Notes: generated by a model from the letters alone, not told the origin. A stretch of 41,143 nucleotides of DNA from a virus (IMGVR_UViG_3300027653_000028:1-41143); one strand, 5' to 3'; shown: positions 19,701-26,367, counted from the stretch's first letter. Made by a program: numbers and translations.

Positions 19701-20413
19701 AGGAACAGCAGGCTAGGGCAGCTGCTGATACCGCTCTGTCGGAGCAGGTCATATCGCTGCAGGCTACCGTCAATGACGATATCAGCGCAGCAGTTCAGGG
19801 GCTGCAGCAGGCGGTGGCTGATGAGGCATCGGCACGGGCATCGGCCATCCAGACGGTGCAGGCGTCCGTCGGCACGGCACAAGACACAGCCGACCAGGCT
19901 GCGCAGGAAGCGGGACAGGCGACAGCAGCAGTTCAGACCGTTAGCCAAGCAGTTGCCGATCTGGATGGCGACCTGTCCACCATGTGGTCCGTCAAGCTGC
20001 AGGTCAACCAGAACGGCGATTACGTCTATGCCGGCGTAGGTCTGGGCATCGAGAACGGGCCGGGCGGCCTGCAGTCTCAGTTCTTGGTCGAGGCCAACCG
20101 GTTTGCGCTGCTCAACACGCTCAATGGCGTGACTACTACGCCGTTCGTGGTCGAGGGCGGGCAGGTTTTCATGAATTCGGCTGTGATCAAGCAGGCGGAC
20201 ATTGTGAATCTGATCGTTACTGGGGTGCTGCAGTCGCCGGATTATGTGCCGGAGACCAGCGGGATTCGGCTGAACTTTGTTACGGGGGAGTTTGAGGTGA
20301 ATGCAACTGTTCCGGGGCAGGGGAGAACGACGATGACCAACCGAGCAATCAAGGTCTACGACGCGCAGAGCCCACCAAGGTTGCGAGTTCAGCTGGGGGA
20401 TTTGAATGCATAG
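16703..20413 (+). CDS. Tip attachment / host specificity protein J
   Basis: GAKGG start, DLVSEGEIEGL, YPNSALVG, SNNPAWVYYDLL, EPRFTCN, FN3-like repeats, CBM-like EWVPGKPY...YWVKIG insert, coiled coil, SQFLVEANRFA. Confidence 0.95.
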   Translation: MTVTIKGAKGGSKKQRAPREAPDSLVSIAYARLLDLVSEGEIEGLVNGAASIYLDETPADQFPGFRWEQRTGTQDQDYLQGFPQVENEINLGIELRSDAPWVRSITNLDLSAVRINFALPRLTRQNLENGDTLGYRINYAIDVAEGAGPFEEVLKGAFNGKTAGGYERSVRVDLEGRPAGGWRVRVRRLTPNSASSAISDTTNIKSITEIIDAKFRYPNSALVGVSFDAETFGGSVPKRGYHMRGRIIRVPSNYDPATRTYTGVWDGTFKLSYSNNPAWVYYDLLLHPRYGLGDRVDAAQVDKWGLYQIAQYCDQLVPDGMGGMEPRFTCNLYLQKQADAYKVLQDIAAIFRGITYWGAGQAVVSADTPADPVYTYTNANVIGGKFSYKGSKRSTRYSAALVSWNDPADMYRAKVEYVQDDDAVARFGVQTTEIMALGCTSQGQAQRAGKWALLTNLLETETVTFSVGLDGIRARPGQIIRVADNDRAGRRIGGRVSSATRSAITVDKVEGVEVGDELTCILPDGNAQTRPVTAVDGNEITVSPEFDAAPVAHSVWAWESQTLAAQRYRIVSISESGPLEYAITASKYVEGKHQAVDTGAIISQRPITAIPSSVQAAPENIRAISSTMLEQTMAVTTMIVMWDAAEGATRYDVEWRRGDGAWVYAGRTGGTELDVVGIYAGTYQIRVRAMNSLDVASPWGYSDSIELAGKEGTPPAPAYLGATGIIFGIELRWGFPAGAEDTLRTEIQYNTQPAEQNALHLGDYAYPADSHTMTGLKAAQVFYFRARLVDRTGNIGPWSDWVYGQSSADADEILDYIAGQITETELGQHLREEIERIAEIDGIQVALDAIETQLSELTGAEEWVPGKPYPEGSVVRDNGSLYRAIADAPADTPVSDTEYWVKIGDYSSIGDLVTALALQTDQLTTRVEGMESQAESVSTLVAASRGERADGDKADALRGWQSQASIIESRRISATEAEASAERDLLLQAQLGDTNAALLQEQQARAAADTALSEQVISLQATVNDDISAAVQGLQQAVADEASARASAIQTVQASVGTAQDTADQAAQEAGQATAAVQTVSQAVADLDGDLSTMWSVKLQVNQNGDYVYAGVGLGIENGPGGLQSQFLVEANRFALLNTLNGVTTTPFVVEGGQVFMNSAVIKQADIVNLIVTGVLQSPDYVPETSGIRLNFVTGEFEVNATVPGQGRTTMTNRAIKVYDAQSPPRLRVQLGDLNA

Positions 20414-20681
20414 ATCAGTCATACTGGCAGCGCTACTGACTGGGTGTGCCGCACCCCAGACACAATACGACATGCAGCGCACCGAGGCCACGGTGCACAT
20501 CAAGGTAGTTGAGCGGATACCGGGCAGGCCGAACTTGTATGGGCTGTCATCCTGCAAAGATGGCGAATGCGAGATATGGATCAGGCGCTCGGTTTATCCG
20601 AAGTGCCTGGTGCACGAAATCCGCCACGCATTTGAAGGTGATTTTCACAAAGGGCGCGCAAGCACAGAGGACTGCTTATGA
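20406..20681 (+). CDS. Small lipoprotein with HExxH zinc-binding motif
   Basis: Lipobox LLTG-C at residue 14; HEIRHAFEGDFH; overlaps J stop. Confidence 0.75.
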   Translation: MHRSVILAALLTGCAAPQTQYDMQRTEATVHIKVVERIPGRPNLYGLSSCKDGECEIWIRRSVYPKCLVHEIRHAFEGDFHKGRASTEDCL

Positions 20682-20986
20682 GTTTTGGATTGGAAGTTTG
20701 GGACGAGGATGGCGAAAGTGTTTTCTCCATCGGAAGGAAGTACATAAAGATCGTGGGGCGGCATTACGCTCCCGGCGCATCTTCGACAAATGTGCTGGAT
20801 ACCACGTTTGCTATCCCGGGAAGCGTGCCGATGGATGAGCTTGTTTTCCTCACAGCGGATACAGACACCCCACCGCTTTATTACATACTTAATGGGCGGG
20901 CGGTAACCATAAGGCATAGACATTCGGGGATAGGAAGCAATCTTGAGCGCTTCCCAGCCGCGCTGTTCTATGGATTTTACGCATGA
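20678..20986 (+). CDS. Tail tip accessory protein
   Basis: MSFGLEVWDEDG N-terminus typical of post-J genes; ATGA coupling. Confidence 0.7.
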   Translation: MSFGLEVWDEDGESVFSIGRKYIKIVGRHYAPGASSTNVLDTTFAIPGSVPMDELVFLTADTDTPPLYYILNGRAVTIRHRHSGIGSNLERFPAALFYGFYA

Positions 20987-21735
20987 TCTTTGGGCTGGCG
21001 GTCTTCAATGAGAGGGGCCAAGGGGTTTTAAATAGCGAAGACACGCCTTTTCGGTTTGTAACCGCAGCGGAGCCTTTTGACGTTGTGCCTACGTCAGGCC
21101 GATACCGGTTCCGGAAAAATATAACCGGCAGATACAGCTCTTCTTCGATGATATGTGTCGAAGTGCCGGAGGCTATTCGACCTCTATGGGGTCCCGCATC
21201 AACCAGAGGGCATTACAGGGTCGCTGTGGAGGGCGGCATCACCTACTTATACCTTACGTCCGGCGGCTGGGATTTGTTCTCAAGCGTGCCCAGCCAGATG
21301 CCCGTCTTTTATATTGTGGACAGGCTGCGGCCGACTCAGCAGGCGACTGGATTTGGCTTGAATGTATCGGACGCAAGCGGCAGCCCGCTGTTCAACTCAT
21401 CAACCCCGCTTGCCCAGGTTGAGGATGTGGTGCAGGTCACTCCTTCGCCCGCTGTCATCGAGGCGATTGCTAACCTGGGCTCTGCCGAGGGCCGGATATG
21501 CATAGTGGAGAACGTCGCCGGCGGGGTTTCAACGTTCAGGTATAGATATTCCGGCGGTGGCGGCGTCACAATAACCCAGTGGTACTCCATAGACGTTGCG
21601 CGGGTGGGAGCAGACTTCCAGGCGACAACTGTTTTCTGGGATGAGGAGACTGGGCAATCCCCGACACAGGCGCCCTGGATAATTCCTTTGAGGTGCATTC
21701 TCCTGAAAAGGCCAATCAAGCCCTACGGATGGTGA
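20983..21735 (+). CDS. Tail tip accessory / putative receptor-binding protein
   Basis: FGLAVFNERG repeated internally as FGLNVSDASGSPLFNS, typical of post-J proteins. Confidence 0.7.
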   Translation: MIFGLAVFNERGQGVLNSEDTPFRFVTAAEPFDVVPTSGRYRFRKNITGRYSSSSMICVEVPEAIRPLWGPASTRGHYRVAVEGGITYLYLTSGGWDLFSSVPSQMPVFYIVDRLRPTQQATGFGLNVSDASGSPLFNSSTPLAQVEDVVQVTPSPAVIEAIANLGSAEGRICIVENVAGGVSTFRYRYSGGGGVTITQWYSIDVARVGADFQATTVFWDEETGQSPTQAPWIIPLRCILLKRPIKPYGW

Positions 21736-21815
21736 AGCTCCGACCGCCCTGCCCCACAACCCAAAAATGCTAAACTGCCCACAAAGCAACAGCAAAAATT
21801 AAAGAGGAACAAACC

Positions 21816-23006
21816 ATGTGGTACTCATCCGGCACAGTATCAGCCACCGACGACAGCAACATCATCACCGGCACCGGCACCGCCTTTCTCGCCAACGTGC
21901 GCATCGGCGACGGCATCACCATCGAAGGCAGCACATCACTGCACGAGGTGATCGGCATCGCCAGCAACACGCAGCTCACCATCAATCCTGCTTATACGGG
22001 AACCACAGGAGCTGGCAAGCAATACGCAGTTGCACCGATTTTGGGCTATGACAAAGACCTGTCCGATGCCTTCAACCAGCTACGGCTACAGTTTGGGGAT
22101 CAGCTGTCGAGCTTGCAGCCCTGGGCGTATGCGGCTACTGCGGGTGCTGCGCTGGACGCGCTAGGCTTTAGTGTTAGCGGCAAGAGTGTCGCCACGGGGA
22201 CACCCGCGCAGGGTAGGGCGGGTTTGGGGCTGGGAACAGCTGCCACAGCCGATGTCACCACGACAGACACTGATCCTACATCCGGGAGAGTGATGAAGGT
22301 GGGGGATTTTGGTATTGGGTCCGATAGTGCAATACCATACCCCCATAGCAGTCTGGATAATATTGATGGGGTGAGAAGTGGGATTTATCGGGCTTCTGGT
22401 GAGGTTGGGGCGCCTAATTCGAGCATTGTCCTTCACCTGAACTACTCTCATGATAATGTCATCCAATACGCGTTTGAGCACACCTACAACCAAAAAATTT
22501 GGCACAGGGTGTATTATGATGGCGAATGGACCGACTGGGGAGTGGTGTACGATAAGGAATTTGTTTCCCAACAAACAGGGACCTCTACTACTAGAGTGAT
22601 GAGCCAGAAAGCTGTTACTGACGCTCTCGAAACTAAAGCCGGTACTTCCATAGCCACTCAGTCTGCTAATGGACTGATGAGTTCGACTGATAAGCAAAAA
22701 TCTGACTATGGTATTGTGCCACTGGTTATTGACATCAACTCCTCTAGAACCTTGGACACCAATCACCTAGGAAAAATGCTCTATGCCTCCGGGAACACTC
22801 CTATTACTTTGACTCTTCCGAGCGAAGTGCCAGAAGGCTCTACAATTATTTTCTTCTGCTATGGCGGAGGACGATTGACTCTCGCTGGACCGAACCTGAG
22901 GATCCCAGAGGGGAAGGTGGCAAAGAACCGAACGACCAGATCAACCATCGCAGCACACTATCATGCAAATGGATGGGCAATCATGGGCGACTTGAAAGAC
23001 GCCTAA
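21816..23006 (+). CDS. Side tail fibre protein
   Basis: WYSSGTVS...GTGTAFLANVRIGD N-terminus; LGLGTAATADV, GRVMKVGDFGIG, knob-like domain, VMSQKAVTDAL, ATQSANGLMSSTDK. Confidence 0.88.
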   Translation: MWYSSGTVSATDDSNIITGTGTAFLANVRIGDGITIEGSTSLHEVIGIASNTQLTINPAYTGTTGAGKQYAVAPILGYDKDLSDAFNQLRLQFGDQLSSLQPWAYAATAGAALDALGFSVSGKSVATGTPAQGRAGLGLGTAATADVTTTDTDPTSGRVMKVGDFGIGSDSAIPYPHSSLDNIDGVRSGIYRASGEVGAPNSSIVLHLNYSHDNVIQYAFEHTYNQKIWHRVYYDGEWTDWGVVYDKEFVSQQTGTSTTRVMSQKAVTDALETKAGTSIATQSANGLMSSTDKQKSDYGIVPLVIDINSSRTLDTNHLGKMLYASGNTPITLTLPSEVPEGSTIIFFCYGGGRLTLAGPNLRIPEGKVAKNRTTRSTIAAHYHANGWAIMGDLKDA

Positions 23007-23018
23007 TAAGGATAAGTT

Positions 23019-23309
23019 ATGATTAGCAGCTTGCTTTTAGGGGTTACTGCTTCCTCCAACAGTTCCTCAGAAAATGGTTCTGGAGGAGAAGCTATCTATC
23101 AAGTGGGGGTGGCTCATTACACTAGTCAACATCTCCCCGGAGTTGAGGTAGGGAAAGGTGTTTTAGGTTCGGTGACTCCGGGGTCTGGGGTTGCTTTGCA
23201 GCTGCCAGTAGAAACGGCCCCGCGCACCCGTGACGTGCAAAGCACCATAGGAATCGTGCAACTTGCTACAGATCGGTGGCGCATGTTTGGAGACTCGGCC
23301 GATGCTTAG
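23019..23309 (+). CDS. Fibre-associated hypothetical protein, probably chimeric
   Basis: AAGGA RBS; C-terminus (RTRDVQSTIG...WRMFGDSADA) resembles the fibre C-terminus; N-terminus resembles the next ORF. Confidence 0.55.
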   Translation: MISSLLLGVTASSNSSSENGSGGEAIYQVGVAHYTSQHLPGVEVGKGVLGSVTPGSGVALQLPVETAPRTRDVQSTIGIVQLATDRWRMFGDSADA

Positions 23310-23511
23310 CATGTTAGTGGGGGTAGTGGCATCTGGGGGGCGTAGCTCAGAGCCAGAGGAGGTGACATACTCTATTAATGTGGGGCAGGAGTCCTCACCC
23401 CAACCGGGGGAAAATGCTGCTTTTCGAGGGGGAGGTCAAGCATCCGCTGGCACAGTGGCTGTCACTTTAGGAGAGGTACACCCAACAAATATCCGACTGG
23501 AGGACCTATGA
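23302..23511 (+). CDS. Fibre-associated hypothetical protein, possibly truncated
   Basis: GGAG RBS, ATG 23302; MLSMLVGVVASGG resembles MISSLLLGVTASS. Confidence 0.45.
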   Translation: MLSMLVGVVASGGRSSEPEEVTYSINVGQESSPQPGENAAFRGGGQASAGTVAVTLGEVHPTNIRLEDL

Positions 23512-23690
23512 ATAGCAAAACCAAAGTTATTGCCGCAAACGTCGTCGGCATCCTCGTGCTGGCGTTGGGGATGTTCGGCATCGACGTGCCACCGGAGCAG
23601 CAGACACAGATCGTTGCAGGGCTCGGCGCTACTGGGTGCGTCATTAATTCCGTGCTGGCAAGCTGGGGGGAATCGCGTGGACATGCATAG
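23508..23690 (+). CDS. Small two-TM membrane protein, holin-like
   Basis: GGAGG RBS; two hydrophobic segments separated by GIDVPPEQQ. Confidence 0.6.
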   Translation: MNSKTKVIAANVVGILVLALGMFGIDVPPEQQTQIVAGLGATGCVINSVLASWGESRGHA

Positions 23691-24027
23691 GGCAAACACT
23701 CTTACCTGGGCGGGGGTGTGGCTGGCCGCCTTGCTCCTGCTGCTGATGGGCTGCCAGTCCGCGCCCGCCACCCCCGAGGAGGCCATCGGGCGGACCTACA
23801 CCACCATCACCACGGTGGCGGAGGCGACCATCGAGGCGCACACCGCCGGGGCGATCAACGACGCGCAGGCCCGGCGCATGTGGCAGGAGCTGCAGCAGGC
23901 GGTCAGCCTGACCGAGACCGCCCAGGTGGCGCTAGCCGCCGGGGAGTCCGCCGAGGGCCCACTGCGGCGCGCCCAGGCCATCCTGCAGACCGTCGTGGAC
24001 ATTCTGGAGGCGTCCAACCATGAGTAA
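23683..24027 (+). CDS. Helical lipoprotein, possible spanin component
   Basis: Signal peptide with lipobox LLMG-C; amphipathic helical mature part; lysis-region context. Confidence 0.65.
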   Translation: MHRANTLTWAGVWLAALLLLLMGCQSAPATPEEAIGRTYTTITTVAEATIEAHTAGAINDAQARRMWQELQQAVSLTETAQVALAAGESAEGPLRRAQAILQTVVDILEASNHE

Positions 24028-24229
24028 CACAGCAAGCGTACTGATCGCACTGACCCAGGCCCTGTCCCTGGTGAACGTCCTGGTGCGGATGAGTGACAAC
24101 GAGCGGGAGCTGCGCGAGCTGGTGGCCAAGGCCGCCGCCGAGGGCCGTACCCTGAACAAAGACGAACTGGACCAGCTGCGGGGGCGGGCGCAGGACGCCA
24201 TCGACCGGCTGGGGGAGCAGCTGCCATGA
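24020..24229 (+). CDS. Small amphipathic helical protein (lysis-region)
   Basis: GGAGG RBS, overlaps the lipoprotein stop; hydrophobic N-terminus, charged C-terminal helix. Confidence 0.65.
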   Translation: MSNTASVLIALTQALSLVNVLVRMSDNERELRELVAKAAAEGRTLNKDELDQLRGRAQDAIDRLGEQLP

Positions 24230-24381
24230 GACGACTGTGGAACTTCCTGGACTACCACCACGTGAGCCTGTACCTCGGCACCATCATCGTGCTGGGGCTG
24301 CTGGTCGTCATGTCCGCCGCGCATGCGGATGAGGACTGCGGCTCGCCGGTGTGCGTGCTGCTGGAGTGGGAAGCGCCGTGA
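24226..24381 (+). CDS. 51-aa signal-peptide protein, probably truncated (not in ORF track)
   Basis: GGGAG RBS, ATGA coupling; MRRLWNFLDYHHVSLYLGTIIVLGLLVVMSAAHA-DEDCGSPVCVLLEWEAP*. Confidence 0.5.
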   Translation: MRRLWNFLDYHHVSLYLGTIIVLGLLVVMSAAHADEDCGSPVCVLLEWEAP

Positions 24382-24428
24382 CTTGGGTGGCAGTGGTAGG
24401 CGTGTTGGCCGCTACGATGGTGCCGCTA

Positions 24429-24478
24429 TGACCAAAATGCGCGACAAGCCCCGTCCTTTAGGGCGGGGTGGATGTCAA
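24429..24478 (+). mobile_element. Miniature IS200/IS605-family remnant (single subterminal hairpin)
   Basis: TGACCAAAATGCGCGACAAGCCCCGTCCTTTAGGGCGGGGTGGATGTCAA resembles remembered IS605-group end consensus; no tnpA/tnpB. Confidence 0.6.
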
Positions 24479-24603
24479 CAACAGCACATTCCCGGAGAAT
24501 ACTGCTTGCCGAGACAATAATTAACCGCTGTATGGTTTTGTAGTTCAATCAAAACCGGAGTATCGTATGAGCACATACAACAGGGGGGCAAATGGAGGAA
24601 AAA

Positions 24604-24852
24604 ATGTCGGATAACACCGTTAGCGCTGCGAGCTATGCCGGCGCTGCTGTCTCGGTGATTGCCGGGCTGACCCTAACGGAATGGGGGGTTGTCGTTGGAA
24701 TCATTACTGCCCTGGTCACGCTTGGCTTCAATGTAGTGTATCGGGTAAAGCAGGACCGCAGGGAGCAGGCCCGACATGATTTCCTGATGGAAAAGCTGAG
24801 CGATAGCTCCATTGCTGATGTCAGCCCCTCCCCCGGAAAATGGGAGGCTTAA
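24604..24852 (+). CDS. Holin (HP1-like); alternative start at 24592
   Basis: ASYAGAAVSVIAGLTLTEWGVVVGIITALVTLGFNVVYRVKQDRR; GGAGG RBS; directly before the endolysin. Confidence 0.8.
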   Translation: MSDNTVSAASYAGAAVSVIAGLTLTEWGVVVGIITALVTLGFNVVYRVKQDRREQARHDFLMEKLSDSSIADVSPSPGKWEA

Positions 24853-24920
24853 GCAACAAGGAGAGGTGCCGCCATGAGATCCCCGCCCGCCGCGCCGCGC
24901 ATTGTTGGAGTGTCTGTGCC

Positions 24921-25319
24921 GTGAGACTAGCGCCAAACTTCTTTCTGCAGGAGTTCACGCGCAGCAGCGCAGCTGCAGAGATTGGAGTCCATAACTCCCC
25001 GCCGCCGGAGGTCCTTCCTCGTCTGCACTACGTAGCCCTCTGGCTGCAGCAGCTGCGGGATGAGTTGGGGGAGCCGGTTATTGTGAGCAGCGGGTATCGG
25101 TCGAGCGAGGTCAACGAAGCTGTCGGAGGGAGCCCCAGCAGCGATCACCTGACCGGGCTTGCTGCTGACTTCTACTGCCCGCACAGGTCGGCAGCGGAGG
25201 TATACCGGATCATCCAGGCGCTGCCCTGGGCGCATTATGACCAGCTGATTCTGTACCCCGGCCATGTGCATGTCGGGCTGGGCGCCCCGATGCGTGGGCA
25301 GGCCTGGAGGCAGGCATAA
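24921..25319 (+). CDS. Endolysin, peptidase M15 family
   Basis: LAPNFFLQEF, VSSGYRSSEVNEAVGG, SDHLTGLAADF, HVHVG; GTG start with GGAG RBS. Confidence 0.88.
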   Translation: MRLAPNFFLQEFTRSSAAAEIGVHNSPPPEVLPRLHYVALWLQQLRDELGEPVIVSSGYRSSEVNEAVGGSPSSDHLTGLAADFYCPHRSAAEVYRIIQALPWAHYDQLILYPGHVHVGLGAPMRGQAWRQA

Positions 25320-25348
25320 AAAAGCCCCTCGGGGTTTGGGCGAGGGGC
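25318..25348 (-). terminator. Intrinsic terminator (minus strand)
   Basis: GCCCCTCG/CGAGGGGC stem followed on minus strand by T6. Confidence 0.8.
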
Positions 25349-25376
25349 AAAGATAGGAGCAAGTGCATCCATGAAC
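25318..25376 (-). ncRNA. Candidate ~60-nt sRNA 1
   Basis: Own promoter TTGCCA-17-TATACT and terminator; CUCCU before the terminator stem; no RBS-led ORF. Confidence 0.5.
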
Positions 25377-25382
25377 GCCTTC

Positions 25383-25411
25383 AGTATAGGAGGGGTGCAT
25401 CGATGTGGCAA
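25383..25411 (-). promoter_or_regulatory. sigma70-type promoter
   Basis: -35 TTGCCA (25411-25406), 17-nt spacer, -10 TATACT (25388-25383). Confidence 0.65.
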
Positions 25412-25415
25412 GCGC

Positions 25416-25595
25416 TCATTCCACCCCCTCCACCTCGGCCAGCAGCCTGGCCAGCTTTGCCACGGTCACAGGAACCGCGCGCGTGCCGGCCTCCCAGCGC
25501 GCGACACTGACCCGGTGCGCCCCCAGGGCCCGCCCCATCTCGGCCTGGGTGAGACCCAGGCTATTGCGGATTCGTCTCAGCTCGGATGGCTTCAT
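25416..25595 (-). CDS. 59-aa XRE/Cro-like HTH regulator (not in ORF track)
   Basis: GAGGAGG RBS; MKPSELRRIRNSLGLTQAEMGRALGAHRVSVARWEAGTRAVP. Confidence 0.88.
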   Translation of the reverse strand: MKPSELRRIRNSLGLTQAEMGRALGAHRVSVARWEAGTRAVPVTVAKLARLLAEVEGVE

Positions 25596-25607
25596 TTTGT
25601 TGCCTCC

Positions 25608-25982
25608 TCAGAAGTTAGCGGCTGCGAACTCGGCCAGTTCGGCCGCCTTGCTGTCCAGGTTTTGCGGGTAGTAGGGGCTGCCGCTCCCGCAGCGGCCGCG
25701 GGTGGCTTCGATCAGAAACCAGTCGTTGGCTCCCCTCTGGAGCACGACTTTCGTGCTCTCGGGGATCCCCCGGTAACTGCCGGGGAATGACTGGGCGTGG
25801 ATGTCCACCCACACGTTGAGGCCGCGCCAGTCCTTTTTGTGCAGGATCTGGGACAGCTTGGTCTCGATCTCCTCGATGGCCTCGGCCAAGTCGGCCGCGT
25901 CAATAGTGCGCGCCCTGGCGCGGTGCTGGACCGCGTCGAGGGTGGTGTTGATGGCGGCGGTGTTGTTGGTGTTGATGCGCAT
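25608..25982 (-). CDS. Hypothetical early protein (124 aa)
   Basis: AAGGAG RBS before ATG 25982; first gene after a near-consensus promoter. Confidence 0.8.
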   Translation of the reverse strand: MRINTNNTAAINTTLDAVQHRARARTIDAADLAEAIEEIETKLSQILHKKDWRGLNVWVDIHAQSFPGSYRGIPESTKVVLQRGANDWFLIEATRGRCGSGSPYYPQNLDSKAAELAEFAAANF

Positions 25983-25987
25983 TGTGC

Positions 25988-26051
25988 TCTCCTTTTTGTC
26001 TGTTTCCCTAACCTTCAATTACATTATAGTAGCCGCGGGCTACAATGTAAA
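25988..26051 (-). promoter_or_regulatory. Early promoter/operator/leader, copy 1
   Basis: TTTACA-17-TATAAT with palindrome GTAGCC-CGC-GGCTAC in the spacer; near-identical to 28493-28555. Confidence 0.85.
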
Positions 26052-26052
26052 G

Positions 26053-26200
26053 GAAAAAATAGCCCCGGAACCACTGCGAGGAAGGGGTGGTGGCCCGGGG
26101 CGGTGTCGCTCGCGGAAAGGGACCCGAAAAAGTGGCCGAATGACCGCGGTGGCCAGCCGCTAGACAGCGCAGGAGAGCGCCTGGTCGATGCCTGAGGGGC
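26053..26200 (-). ncRNA. Candidate ~150-nt sRNA 2 with CU-rich loops
   Basis: Upstream TTGACA-18-TATCTT; hairpin GCGC-TCTCCT-GCGC; terminal GCCCCGG...CCGGGGC stem plus T6; no plausible CDS. Confidence 0.5.
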
Positions 26201-26206
26201 TAGTCA

Positions 26207-26236
26207 AAGATAGCCCCGATCATCGCCTGGTGTCAA
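26207..26236 (-). promoter_or_regulatory. sigma70-type promoter
   Basis: -35 TTGACA (26236-26231), 18-nt spacer, -10 TATCTT (26212-26207); -10 flanked by inverted repeat GGGGCTA/TAGCCCC. Confidence 0.55.
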
Positions 26237-26367
26237 TCATCTGGCAGCCTGGCCTGCCTCAAGACCTGTCGCATGGCGTCCTTGAGGCTTTTGCTGGTGG
26301 CGGACAGAGTTTCGTGGCTGTCTGACAGAGCCACGTGGGCTCCCCAGGGCGAGCCCTTCCACCTCAC
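26233..26367 (-). CDS. 44-aa hypothetical protein (not in ORF track)
   Basis: GTGA overlap with the upstream stop, GAGGAG upstream; MRWKGSPWGAHVALSDSHETLSATSKSLKDAMRQVLRQARLPDD. Confidence 0.4.
   Translation of the reverse strand: MRWKGSPWGAHVALSDSHETLSATSKSLKDAMRQVLRQARLPDD

Noticed and set aside
19319-20557. Long antisense ORFs (also 7891-8841, 9441-10409, 17033-18028, 18206-19189, 31345-32310)
   Set aside because: Shadows of GC-rich sense genes; no RBS or recognisable motifs
21737-21755. GCTCCGACC(T)GCCCTGCCCC shared with 30235-30254
   Set aside because: Single 19-20-bp low-complexity C-rich match; cannot be separated from chance without statistics
21816-23511. Diversity-generating retroelement or invertible fibre cassette
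   Set aside because: No reverse transcriptase, invertase or near-identical nucleotide template repeat; similarity is only at protein level
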